64,000 nucleotides of DNA from Octopus vulgaris (Eukaryota), in contig OX597826.1 of assembly GCA_951406725.2 (NCBI GenBank), forward strand, positions 14,632,001-14,696,000, written 5' to 3'. Made by a program: the position numbers and the translations under genes. The notes beneath the pieces are model-generated. The model was not told the origin of the DNA. It worked only from the letters and a program-made list of their open reading frames with translations, and did no database searches. Of this stretch, positions 29,421 to 41,690 are shown one piece after another (the stretch's first letter is position 1; every line of letters begins with the position of its first letter).

Positions 29421-29762
29421 CTATAAAGCATTTTTAGAGAGTTATAGCCAAAAAATAGCAAAAAAATGGGAAAAAAAATGATGGTAAATTTTTTTGAGAG
29501 TTAAAAAAGGTCGAGTTGCGTCCCCTAGACAGTCTGTGGTTTGTGTTTCTGATTCTCGACCCCATGTCGAATTTATCGATTTTTTTCAGAACTGGGGGAA
29601 CTTTTCAAAATTTCCGCTGCGTTAGTTTTGAATTATGACATTGGGCTATGTGTGTGTCAAGTTTCATCAGAATCAGTTGAAAGCAGTGGTCAGGGTGAGG
29701 GTACAACCAAACAGACACACAGAAACACACACAGACAAACTGCCGTTTATATATAGAGAGAT
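29421..29762 (+). mobile_element. Non-autonomous Helitron/Helentron-like (DINE-1/HINE-type) element end
   Basis: Ends AAGTTTCATCAGAATCAGTTGAAAG...ACAGACACACAGAAACACACACAGACAAACTGCCGTTTATATATAGAGAGAT, resembling termini of such elements. Lies where the Tc1 3' end should be. Confidence 0.65.
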
Positions 29763-30010
29763 ATCATAAGTTTCAGTATTTATATCTAATTATCGATGCT
29801 CCCTAGGCCAAATTCTTAGGAATGTTACTTCAAAGGTGTGTCATCTCGGATTTGTTTCTTGCCTCGTAACATGTTGATCACGTTTCTTTCGTTATAGATT
29901 TTGGATTGACATACTGGTGAAATCATATTCATGGTAACTGAGAAACAATGCACTCGACATTTAATTCAAAAGACCAATCATACCGCACTCTATGCGGTAT
30001 TATTCTGTAC

Positions 30011-30246
30011 GGCGGCGAGCTGGCAGAATCGTTAGCACGCCGGGCGAAATGCGTAGCTGTATTTCGTCTGCCGTTACGTTCTGAGTTCAAATTCCGCCGA
30101 GGTCGACTTTGCCTTTCATCCTTTCGGGGTCGATAAATTAAGTACCAGTTACGCACTGGGGTCGATATAATCAACTTAATCCGTTTGTCTGTCCTTATTT
30201 GTCCTCTCTGTGTGTAGCCCCTTGTGGGTAGTAAAGAAATAGGTAT
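30011..30246 (+). mobile_element. Family 1 SINE, A-type tail
   Basis: Full length. TSD GGTAT(T/C)ATTCTGTAC at 29996-30010 and 30242-30256. Confidence 0.93.
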
Positions 30247-31231
30247 CATTCTGTACGTTAATGACACAGAGGTCTGTGCAACATTCTGTTAGTGACACTA
30301 CAAACCAGTGTATAAGTAGTTTAGTTAGTAGAATAAAAGGAATATTTAGCGTCAGAACCGATAAAGAATCCACAAAAAGATATGTCTATATATCTTTGTT
30401 GTGTATGTATAAATGTGTGAGGCTGTATATAATCTCAGCATATTTGTCAATAAAATCATAGATAAAAAAATATAATTATGAACGATTGAGTGGGAAAATG
30501 CCACCGAAGAATTATTCGAAATTTGGCTAAAAGGCGTGAAAGAATAAAACAATTAAGAACGACTACTTGTATGGGAGGATTCTCTGCATGGATATTTACC
30601 AAGATATAAATTGCGTTCAGCAAATGACGTCATGCAGTACGATTGGTCAATATTCTCTGGCTTTCTGGCCAACCTTAATATTATTGGAAATCCGGAATTT
30701 TATTTATAGAATACCATTTAGTTACTACTTGAATTCTTATTAGAATTGTTCTTCAAATCGTTCCCAACTTCGGATGTCAATAAAAATACTTTAGTTGTTT
30801 CTATATATGATTGGGTCGATAAATTCTGTTCAGAAATTTCCCGTTTGCACCAGCATTTCATATATTATGATATTATTTACCACAAATCCAGATACATTTA
30901 AAATCTTATAGTTGGATCTCCCCCAATATATTTTCTTCACCTCTCCTTGTTTCCGTATTTATACTTCTTTCATTCATTTTTTCTCTTCATCGCCATTTTT
31001 TCTTCTTTCTCTTTTCTTCGAGGAATGACTTTGTGGCATTAAATTACATATCTCCATGCTCAGTGTTTAAACCCTACAACGGCAGGTTTTGTCTTCACCT
31101 ATTTGTGGAACCCCATTAAAAATGTAGCAGTGCTAATGTCGATTGATATCAGATCGAATTATTCAATTAATTTCCCTCCTAAAATGTTTCTGGTTCGGAA
31201 TTCGAAACCGTCACCATCCAGTGTCTGTCTA

Positions 31232-31327
<96 letters not shown>

Positions 31328-31522
31328 ATTAAGTCATTATTTGGACTTTGGGCATATGGTTAGTAGTATGACGATTAAACACTTTCACTGTTTAGGCTAT
31401 CTGATGTCATCCACGGTTTTGATGTAAATGTCACTGGTTCTATCTCAGAAACTCTACAATGTTCGTTGAGTTTATAATGAATGACGGAAACTGAAAATAG
31501 AATTTGCAAGAATCTTTATTCA

Positions 31523-31618
31523 AACACAATGATCGTTTCGACCCATCTTGTTTCGGTTCCTTGCGGGTAGAATACTATACAACTGGGTTTTGTTACAGAA
31601 TTCACCTCATCGAGTGTC
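31523..31618 (-). ncRNA. Degenerate hammerhead-like motif in a Penelope-type 3' end
   Basis: Reverse complement: GACAC-TCGATGA-G[long insert]C-GAAA-CGATCA-TT-GTGTT, then AATAAA. Core has C3/U4 substitutions. Confidence 0.5.
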
Positions 31619-31697
31619 TTGTTTTAAGTAAGATACTTCACTAAATATACTCGATTTGGCTTGGTATGTTGCCGTTGCCAGTGAGTTTGTATGTGTG

Positions 31698-31736
<39 letters not shown>

Positions 31737-31890
31737 TGTATGCGTGTGTGTGCTAGAGAACTAAAAACGTTTGGTGGCGGGGGATGTCTGAGATAATGTT
31801 ACCAAACAAGGGAGTTGTGCAGGGAGTGAAAAGCGTGTGTGTGCGAGTGTGATTAAGCGTATGAGCGTTCATTCTTGTATCGGTGTGTCA

Positions 31891-31922
<32 letters not shown>

Positions 31923-32059
31923 GAGTATATCAGTCAAAATATAGAGAACCTGTTATTTGAAAGTGCTCGCGAGTTAATAGCATTTAGCAATAAAATATGT
32001 TAGAAACGAAACGAGAGCTGTTGAATAAATTTCACACTGGAAGTGAACTGTAAAGACTT

Positions 32060-32260
32060 TTCAGTTGGTTGCTCTCTATGGCGAAAAATGATGTGTGGTG
32101 GGCATCATTGAAAAGACTAAACGCTGACACCTACTTCCTCGGTCAAGCCATCATCGGCTTTTTTCAAGTCCAACTATGGAGAGGGACGATCTTTCTTTGA
32201 AATCCTTGTAAATTTGTTGAATTCACGAAAATGATGGTCGTGACCCTGACGAATGAGTAT
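32060..32260 (+). mobile_element. Decayed C-terminal end of a Tx1-like ORF2
   Basis: Reads MAKNDVWWASLKRLNADTYFLGQAIIGFFK, resembling the AK..VW motif at L1/Tx1 ORF2 C-termini (recall, unverified). Confidence 0.45.
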
Positions 32261-33000
32261 TTTCAATATATCGCGATATGCCGGGAAAAGAGAGCTAGAA
32301 GAGGGCCTTGAACTACAGTAGGGAAGTTAATTCAGGCTGTGGAGGATTACTCTTTCGGATACGTTTAATAATGAATTTTAAAAGAAATGTTAAGGAGAGA
32401 GAGTGAAATATTAAGCAATTTACTCTTTCCACATACAGAAAAGGGCTCTACTTTCAAGCGAACACGTAGAAGCATGCAAATACTTAATTTCAGAAAATAA
32501 ACACCGTATGTATATAGATATGAAATGATGGATATAATCTATCAGAGTGGGAATATATATCCAACGAAAACAACGGTAAATAATTTAGAGATTATATTTG
32601 AAGTATTTTTCAAACCGTCACCGGTTGACCATCTTGGGTATTGACACAAGTATTATAAGAGAACAAGTTAATGAAAGGAAATATGCATACTTACTTTTGA
32701 CGGTGCTCCATCATGTCACTGAGCGTTATGCTTAAAGCAGCCTAAATGAATAAATAACATGGTCTTTGGTGTCTGGTGCTCTCTCTCCCAAAATTTAGGG
32801 ACTTGTGCCGAGAGTAAAAAAGAAATTAGTGTATGACCAAGTGAATCGACTTGCCCTCTCCCCACAAAGTGTCAGGCTTTGAGTCTATAGCAGAAAAAGA
32901 AAAATTAATATCCAAATGTATAAAAGCTAGACGTCTGGGTGCATTTGCATATTTTGGCCCACAGAAGCTATTGTGATACTACAATAATTAAAACTGCTTA

Positions 33001-33970
33001 AGGTGGCGAGCTGGCTGAAACGTTAGCACGCCGGACAAAATGCCTAGCGTTATTTTGTCTGACACTACGTTCTGAGTTCAAATTCTGCCGAGGTCAGCTT
33101 TGCCTTTCATCCATTCGGGGTCGATTAAATAAGTACCAGTTACGCACTGGGGTCGATGTAATCGACTTGACCCGTTTGTCTGTCCTTGTTTATCCTCTCT
33201 GTGTGTGGCCCATGTGGCAGTAAAGAAATAGGTATTTCGTCTGTCTTTATGTTCTGAGTTCAAATCCCGCCGAGGTCGATTTTGCCTTTCATCCTTTCGG
33301 CATCGATAAATTAAGTACCAGTTGCGTACTGGAGGCGATCTAATCGACTAGCCCCTTCCCCAAAAATTTCGGGCCTTGTGCCCACAGCAGAAACAAATAA
33401 ATGCTGTTTAATGCGGTGAGCTTGCTGAACCGTTAGCGTGCCGGGCGAAAAGCTTGGCGGTATTTCGTCTGCCGCTACGTTCTCAGTTCAAATTCCGCCG
33501 AGGTTGACTTTGCTTTTCATCCTTTGGGGTCGATAAATTAAGTACCAGTTACGCACTGGGATCAATATAATCGACTTAATCCGTTTGTCTGTCCTTGTTT
33601 GTCCTCTCTGTTTTTAGCCCCTTGTGGATAGTAAAGAAATATGTATTTCGTCTGCTGTAACGTTCTGAGTTCAAATCCCGCCGAGGTCGACTTTGCCTTT
33701 CATCCTTTCGGGGTCGATAAATTAAGTACCAGTTACGCACTGGAGTCGATATAATCGTCTTAATCCGTTTGTCTGTCCTTGCTTGTCTCCTCTGTTTAGC
33801 CCCTTGTGGGTAGTAAAGAAATAGGCATTTCGTCAGTCTTTACATTCTGAGTTCAAATTCCACCAATGTCGATTTTGCCGTTTACCTTTCGGTGTGGATA
33901 AATTAAACACCAGTTGCGCACTGGTGTCGATCAAACGACTGGCCCCCTCTCCAAAAATTTTAGGCCTTGT
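33001..33970 (+). mobile_element. Two tandem arrays of family 1 SINE (head-A-B and head-A-A-B)
   Basis: Five central domains but only two heads (33001, ~33411). Unit period ~183 bp. Junctions at ~33231, ~33643, ~33825. Confidence 0.92.
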
Positions 33971-34250
33971 TTAATGCAGCAGCTGAGTGAATCGAAACCC
34001 ACGTCATCGTAGCCGCGTGTTATTTTATGAACCCAAATGCTCGGTAAGCAAAATAAACAGCGGCATGATTTAACTGAAGAGCGTGAAATTAGTTATCGAA
34101 AATCATGCAACCGAACTGACTTCTGACTTTGTAATGTTCACTGCGTTGACAATTATAATAATGACTTTTTTATTACAAGCATAAAGCAACATATTTATCG
34201 ATTCATGTTCTTGACTGATAATTATTTTATCGGAGATTTAATTCATCTCC

Positions 34251-34655
34251 ACTCTTTTACTCTTTTACTCTTTTTCTTGTTTCAGTCATTTGACTGTGGC
34301 CATGCTGAAGCACCGCCTTTAGTCGAGCAAATCGACCCCGGGACTTATTATTTGTAAGCCTAGTACTTATTCTGTCGGTCTCTTTTGCCGAACCGCTAAG
34401 TTACGGGGGACGTAAACACACAACCATCGGTTATCAAGCGATGTTGGAGGGACAAACACAGACACACATACATATATATATATACATATATACGACTGGC
34501 TTCTTTCAGTTTCCGTCTACCAAATCCACTCACAAGGCTTTGGTCGGCCCGAGGCTAAAGTAGAAGACACTTGCCCAAAGTGCCACGCAGTGGGACTGAA
34601 CCCGGAACCACGTGGCTCGTGAGCAAGCTACTTACCACACAACCACTCCTACGCC
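34251..34655 (-). mobile_element. Family 2 SINE
   Basis: Full-length copy with TAAAAGAG tail repeats. Confidence 0.93.
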
Positions 34656-35875
34656 TATAAATATTTAAATAGTAGTTAGTTTATCGACCCCGGAGAGGAT
34701 ATTATTATGATCGTCTGCGGTAAAATTTGAACGTAGAACACAAAATACTGTGCTATTTTTAATAACACTTCTGTACCTCCCATGCAGTCGATAAGAGTAA
34801 ATACTAAAAAAGACTCGCTTGGATATATTCCAAGTAACATTCATTTATTCTTCTTCTTGTAGTGTCATTCTCTCCGGTGGTATGCCAAATATTTATTGAT
34901 GTTGTTGTAGATATTGATTTGACTGCTCCAGGATTGTGATGCATCTACGCGTTTGATAATTGTTATCAATTAAAAACCAATCTGATAAACATAAGCGTCA
35001 TTGGTTTATTTACATTGTAATCCACTGATTGAGCATTGGATAAAATGTGTATGAAGCATCTGTTTCACATCTGTCAAGCATATTTTACGTCTGTTACGTG
35101 TGTTTATTGATATATATTCTACACGAGCCTCAGCTCGAAACTGGCCATGTCAATAGGATATTAACCATTTTGCTGAAAATAGGATTGTTCGTGTAATGTT
35201 TCTTATTATTTTACTTTTATTTCGCAATATGTTATTGCATAAAAACGGCCATGCAGTTAGGAAGATTGCTTCCAAACCGCGTCACCCGTATTCGACAATA
35301 TTGCATAGCAAATTGAATCTTTTCAGTTATATCTTGTGAATTTTATTGTGTGTGTGTGGAATCGTTAGCATGCCGGGAAAAGTACTTGCCAATATTTCAT
35401 CCGTCTTTACGTTCCGACTTCAAATTCCACTGAGTTCGGCTTTGCCTTTCATCCATTTGAGGTCTATAAAATAAGTACCAGTTGAGTACTAGTGACGCTG
35501 TAGTCGAACTATTCATCCGATATTTTGTATCGCAATTTAAAGCCCTTATAGAAAGTATGTGGTGTACTGGTGATGGTAATGCTTGAAAATCACCAACAGA
35601 AAGAGAAAGAGAGAGAGAAAGAGGTTAATTAGAAAAAATTGTACTTACCCACGAATGGGAAAAAATGTTGTTTATCATGCATCTTTGTAATAAGTTACAA
35701 GTCGACAAATTATATCATTGTTTTGATGAAAATTGTTCATTGCTTGAAAAATGTTGGTCAAGTTTAATAAAATTTAATATATACTCAATGCATGAAGTAT
35801 CATTCTTAGGTCCAACACACAATGAAGACCCCTCCACAGGAGCTACCTTAGAAGCTGCTCGATAGGGCGGCTTTG

Positions 35876-36182
<307 letters not shown>

Positions 36183-36184
<2 letters not shown>

Positions 36185-36568
36185 TTGTTTCAGTCATTTG
36201 ACTGTGACCATGCAGGACCACCACCTTTAGTCCAGAAAATCGACCCCCATGTTTTATTCATTGTAAGTTTAGTACTTATTCAATCTGTCTCTTTTGCCGA
36301 ACTGCTAAGTTACGGGGGCGTAAACACACCAGCATCGGTTGTCAAGCGAGGTTGCCGGGGAACAAACACAGACACACAAACATATATACACACATACATA
36401 TATATATACATATATACGACGGGATTCTTTCAGTTTCCGTCTACTAAATCCACTCACAAGGCCTTGGTCGGCCCAAGGCTATAGTAGAAGTCACTTGACC
36501 AAGGTGTCACGCAGTGGGAATGAACCATATGGTTGGTAAGCAAGCTACTTACCACACAGCCACTCCTG
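36183..36568 (-). mobile_element. Family 2 SINE (diverged)
   Basis: Matches the 25355 copy along its length. Confidence 0.88.
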
Positions 36569-36571
36569 AAC

Positions 36572-36604
<33 letters not shown>

Positions 36605-36609
<5 letters not shown>

Positions 36610-36838
36610 TTAAATAACAGATTTAAATTCAACAAAACCTGTTACTCTGAGTTTCCCGTTGCCGTTCATCGGACAGTTTTTGCTAGAATCTTGCAAAAAC
36701 TGTCCGATGAACGGCAACGGGAAACTCAGAGTAACAGGTTTTGTTGAATTTTCTACTGCTTTAAATAAAGCATATTACTCTACCACTGGTTTTTGAGTAC
36801 TCTTTTATCCACCTTGTTTCACATTTATGTGTTTACTC

Positions 36839-36842
<4 letters not shown>
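36605..36842. mobile_element. (TA)n-embedded fold-back element: ~58-bp perfect inverted repeat containing a hammerhead-like motif
   Basis: Arms 36626-36683 and 36693-36750, 9-nt loop. Plus-strand motif 36700-36737: CTGT-CCGATGA-ACGGCAACGG-GAAA-CTCAGAG-TA-ACAG. Confidence 0.85.
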
Positions 36843-36900
<58 letters not shown>

Positions 36901-38183
36901 CATATATATATACACTCTGCAATCGAGTACTTCCTGAATAGCACGTATCAGTTTTATCACGTATGCATCCTTACAGCTAACAACTTTATCTGCTCTGTTT
37001 GTGCGTTGAGCTCCGTTTCCCCTGTTCGTCCTACCAAACATGTTTCTCAACTCAACCGCTCTATCTGTATCTCTTTCCCTGTCTCACACGCATTATGTGT
37101 GAGTATGTGAGTATAAATGCCTATGTCGATGTACTTATAGCCAACATGCACACATATGTATATAAATAGAGGGAGAATGTGAGAGAACCGCATTCTTATA
37201 TGTGAAAGCATATTTACCAATAAAGATAAACATGACTTCTTAAAATTTGTCTCGATATTTGTGTGTGCTGTTTTGTGAGTCTATGTGTGTGTTCGCCTCT
37301 GAATGAACGTTGGGATTTAGGCTGTTAGTCAACGGCGATTCACATATCTTCATACTGAGAATGCATACAAAGTTTAGAAATTCTAGTCGCATTATCAGAA
37401 TGCTAAATCGATCGAATCCACCAATGGAAATAAAACAGCGCTAAAATCCATTGATTTTTTTTTTTTTTTTGTATGCTTTGCCATCTTTCCAGTCTTCATC
37501 TAAGATATAGCTGACAGTATCATCCTGCTCTGAATAGTTTAACTGAAAAGTCTTTCATACAGTAATGATATTGCTGAAGGTCATAGAAGCACGTAGAAAG
37601 ACATATTCATTGAGTCGATGAGTTAGAAATATTTCAGCTAACACTTCTAGTTTACGATAGACACTCACCGCCATATAAACTTAACAGGATCGGAAACTCT
37701 CTTAGTGATAATGCCTAATTTTCTTTGCGTTTCTCTGCCCCTCATCCTCTCGCTTTCTCTCTATCTCTCTCTACATCTCTTCTTATACATATCTATTCAC
37801 GAACGATCATCCATCCATCCTTCAATCCATCCATCTGTCCATCCATCCTTACACACACGCACACACATACACACACACACACACACACACGGTACACACA
37901 ATCATAAACTCACAAGCTAACGTTTGTGTCATGCCGAGTTATAATAAAAACAATGTAAGAATTGCTCTATAGAATTGCTAACAAACTTATTCTAAGTCAC
38001 ACAACACCATCGCGGTCTTTTGCTTTTTTATTTTTTTTCTTAGCATGGAGAGTGGTGACAGTCATTTTGGAATGTGACCTGCAGGCCTTTACAGTGCTGT
38101 ACGAAGCCTAGCACACCAAATCCTCGTATCTATTATCACCCTTCTTGTTATAAATGCTTAATATATATTATGTATTATATGTA

Positions 38184-38242
<59 letters not shown>

Positions 38243-38272
38243 ACACAGGCGTGGCCGTGTGGTAAGAAGCTT

Positions 38273-38985
38273 ACGTCCTTCTTTCTTTTTCGCTTCTTTG
38301 TCTTCCATCGAACTGTTTTTTGACTTTGTTTGGACTTTTGCTGGGTTTTTTTCTGAAATTTTTCTTCAAAGCATGGCGAAGAAATTGAACACTGCATTGG
38401 AGTGGGAAATCATCCCACCCAAGCAATGATGGAAAAACTGAGAGGAAAGAACAGTGGTGTTGAGGACTTATTCTAAGTCACTCAACACCATCGTGGTCTT
38501 TCCTAAGACAAACATAGAAAAAGAGTTTACAGAACATCTGCCAACAATTAAGTTTATTTCTAGGGGTGTTAAATATGCAACGGTGTGGTTGCTGTTTGAC
38601 ACCCCTGAGGTGGCTCGCAAATTTGCGAGCCAGCCCTTAGAAGGGCAAGAGAATCTGTTTCTTCCCACATATTGTGGGAAGAAATTAACAAGAGCTTGGG
38701 TCTGTGGGCAGCCACCGAGCATTGAACCGGAATGGATAGAAGATACTATCCGCCGGGGTCTGGAACATTTAATAAAAGTAGATCCCCCTCTTTCTTTGGA
38801 AGAAGATATGAAGGCAGTCGAGGAGGTGGAAACCTCCTCAAAAGAGGGAAAAAAGGTGGGTAACAATGGTTGCCCACCGAAGGACCCCAAAGCTGCGGGA
38901 GGGAGGGAAGATCCTCCGGATAAAGCAGAGGAACTACACCCTCCCGTAGCACAAAGGGAGAAAAAAAGAAAAAGACGAAGAATGA
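38273..38985 (+). mobile_element. 5' UTR and ORF1 fragment of a Tx1/L1-like LINE
   Basis: T-rich leader, ATG near 38373, ORF with VWLLFDTPEVARKF...LFLPTYCGKKLTRAWVCGQPPSIEPEWI resembling RRM-type ORF1, then an E/K/P-rich low-complexity tail. Assignment is inference. Confidence 0.6.
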
Positions 38986-39540
38986 GACATTGCCGGCGGT
39001 TAGTAGTACATAGGGGACATTTCCGACGGTTAGTAGTACGCCGTTTTTTGACTACTATTTTCGGAAAGCTTTTTTTGTCCTCTCTCCACCTCCCCCTCAA
39101 ATTTCTTCATTTTTCACTTTTTTCCGTATCTCTAACTCTAAAACCTCAACTCTAACCCTAATCTTAAAACCCCAACCCTAACCCTAACCCTAACCCTAAA
39201 ACCCTAACCCTAACACCCAAACCCTAAAGCTAAAACCAGTAAAAACACACGAACGATGTCATAAATAACAGTGACAAACGAAATATACACCGCCGATAGT
39301 TGTTGTTGACAAACAACAGCAGTAATTTTATTCAGTTCAATAGACGTCATTGATTGGTTGAAATTACCGAAATACGACAAATTTAATACGAAATAACTTT
39401 GAAAATAGAAACTTTTCTCAACAACACTAAGAGTAAAACATGTTTTATATGACACATTCTACCAGTGTCCGAAGTTTGAAAGTGTTTAGTTACAAAAAAT
39501 TAATTTCTCGATCTGCCATTGAAAGGGAAATGATCCAAAA
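38986..39540 (+). mobile_element. HINE/Helentron-like element with internal (CCCTAA)n telomere-like tract (39130-39228)
   Basis: Direct repeat CGGTTAGTAGTAC twice at left, degenerate CCCTAA array, right end shared with 16060-16295. Confidence 0.65.
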
Positions 39541-39758
39541 TTCCAACAACGGAGATCTCATTAGACTTGATATTATTCTATGGGACCCTGAGTAAAATGT
39601 GTGTATTAACTGCAGCGCTGCGGATGCTAGCCTCGTTCTAAATAGTGGAAAAGAGATCGTGTATAAAGATGTTTATATGTAAATGCTTATATGCAAACGG
39701 ACAGATACCTAGACAATGTTCAGCAAGATATCTCTGGGTGTGAGTATATATGTGAGTG

Positions 39759-39798
<40 letters not shown>

Positions 39799-40424
39799 TT
39801 GTTAAATTTCCTTTAACGCTTCTTTAACATAGAAAATTACTAAAGCTTCCCTTTATAAAATTAAAATAGTTGATTTAGCCATAAGAGCATTTGAAAAACA
39901 ACTGACCTTTATATTTTCCACCAATGGTCAACTATTCAAATGGAACGATCAAGTAACAACTTTCACAAGCCTTTCATAAAGCACTCGTTCGACAAGCCTT
40001 TCATAAAGCACTCCAGCAACACTCTGACCACCACCCAACCCCACCCTCAATCAGTTATCTTGCTTTTTACCATTGCCTATTTTCTTTCAGCTCTGATTCA
40101 TAAACAACTCCTTCACTCTCACACTTGTTAACAAACCCCAACCCCGCCCCCAGGCATACATAAATCTCTTATATATATAGAATTACACAGCACAAGAAAG
40201 CCTGAAGATCAGTTTGACAACCGCCACCGACGAAGGCGGGGAAGTTCTCCAGAAAAGTTAACAAGAAATCTTTAAAAAAATCTCCTCACCGACGTTAACA
40301 AAGAACTTACTAGATTTACTAGCCAAACTGTAAAATTAACTTATATTATATTATTACAAAATTAAATTAATTAGGACTACCAATGAAGTTATTCTGTTCC
40401 CTTTATAAAGTTGTATTTATTTAT

Positions 40425-40526
40425 TACCCGAAAAGATGCATCTGCATCACCGGATGCCCCTGAACCAGTTGTTGAGTGCCCCACCCAAGAGGAAGCGATG
40501 CTAGATGCATCGAAACAATTGTCGTG
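40425..40526 (+). ncRNA. Degenerate hammerhead-like motif with long stem II
   Basis: TAC-CCGAAAA-GATGCATCTGCATC[loop]GATGCTAGATGCATC-GAAA-CAATTG-TC-GTG: palindromic stem III ACAATTGT, GUC triplet. Core has U4C and G8A. Confidence 0.6.
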
Positions 40527-40703
40527 TCCGACGAATACTCGTATATTCCATATATAAATATATATATATAAATTTCTTTTGTTTAAGCGAAAATATCGTT
40601 TTTTTCTTTAACAGATTAAAATAATCGAATGTTTTCGTTGGCACAAAAGAAATATATATATAATTATATTACAAACACACTCATATATTTATGAGTGTGT
40701 GTG

Positions 40704-40766
<63 letters not shown>

Positions 40767-41577
40767 ATATATACGTATCTATGTATGTAAACACACACGT
40801 ATATATATACGTATATACATTTATACTCATATACATGCATGTATGCATACGTATATATCTATAATCTATATACGAAAGAAAAGGGTATCGGGTGTATCTG
40901 TGAAGTATATTATCAATGACTGAACAAAAGAAGTAAGCTATTGACTCACAAAGATATTCATGGAAACGTTAAGATCATTATAATCCCACCTTTTTATGTC
41001 GCTACAATCAATCGCAAAGGTTTCAAAATATATATAATCAGATATCTTTTATCAAACACATTTTAACAATGGCATATGATATCTGATGTCTTGAAGGTAA
41101 CAATCAGAAATTTAACTTTACTTTTTCAGATGTCGAACGTCAAAGAAATAACACAAAAAAGAAGGTTAGTGCTAAAGAGACTCGACTGATATTAATGTTG
41201 AATTGACTCATTTAATAACAGTGTTTTAAAAGACACAATACAATACAATAAGCTATCAAAATTTCTACGATGATATAAAATGCATGCTATCATTTATGAA
41301 GTATTGTAACCTGCAATTGTACGTGTACGATCGTGAAGCATATATGCTTAGTTCATTTCATGGGAGATTGATCCTGTCGGATATTATAAAAGGTAATGAA
41401 AACTTAAATAATTATATAAACAACATTAGTTATTATTTATATATAACCGATGTTTTACCTGACTGAAGTTATCAAAGACTTATTATCATATACAGGCACG
41501 CGTATATATGTGTATACACAGACACACATACATGTGTGTGAGTGTGTGTGTATATATAACTATATATGCATATATGC

Positions 41578-41684
<107 letters not shown>

Positions 41685-41690
41685 CACACA

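Noticed and set aside
33001-33970. Regularly spaced repeats resembling a CRISPR array
   Set aside because: The units are whole SINE bodies with no unique spacers, no cas genes are present, and the context is eukaryotic.
34068-34105. CTGAAGA-GCGT-GAAA minimal hammerhead
   Set aside because: Stems I and III do not pair convincingly.
39130-39228. True telomere or chromosome fusion site
   Set aside because: Short, degenerate, single orientation and internal to a dispersed repeat.
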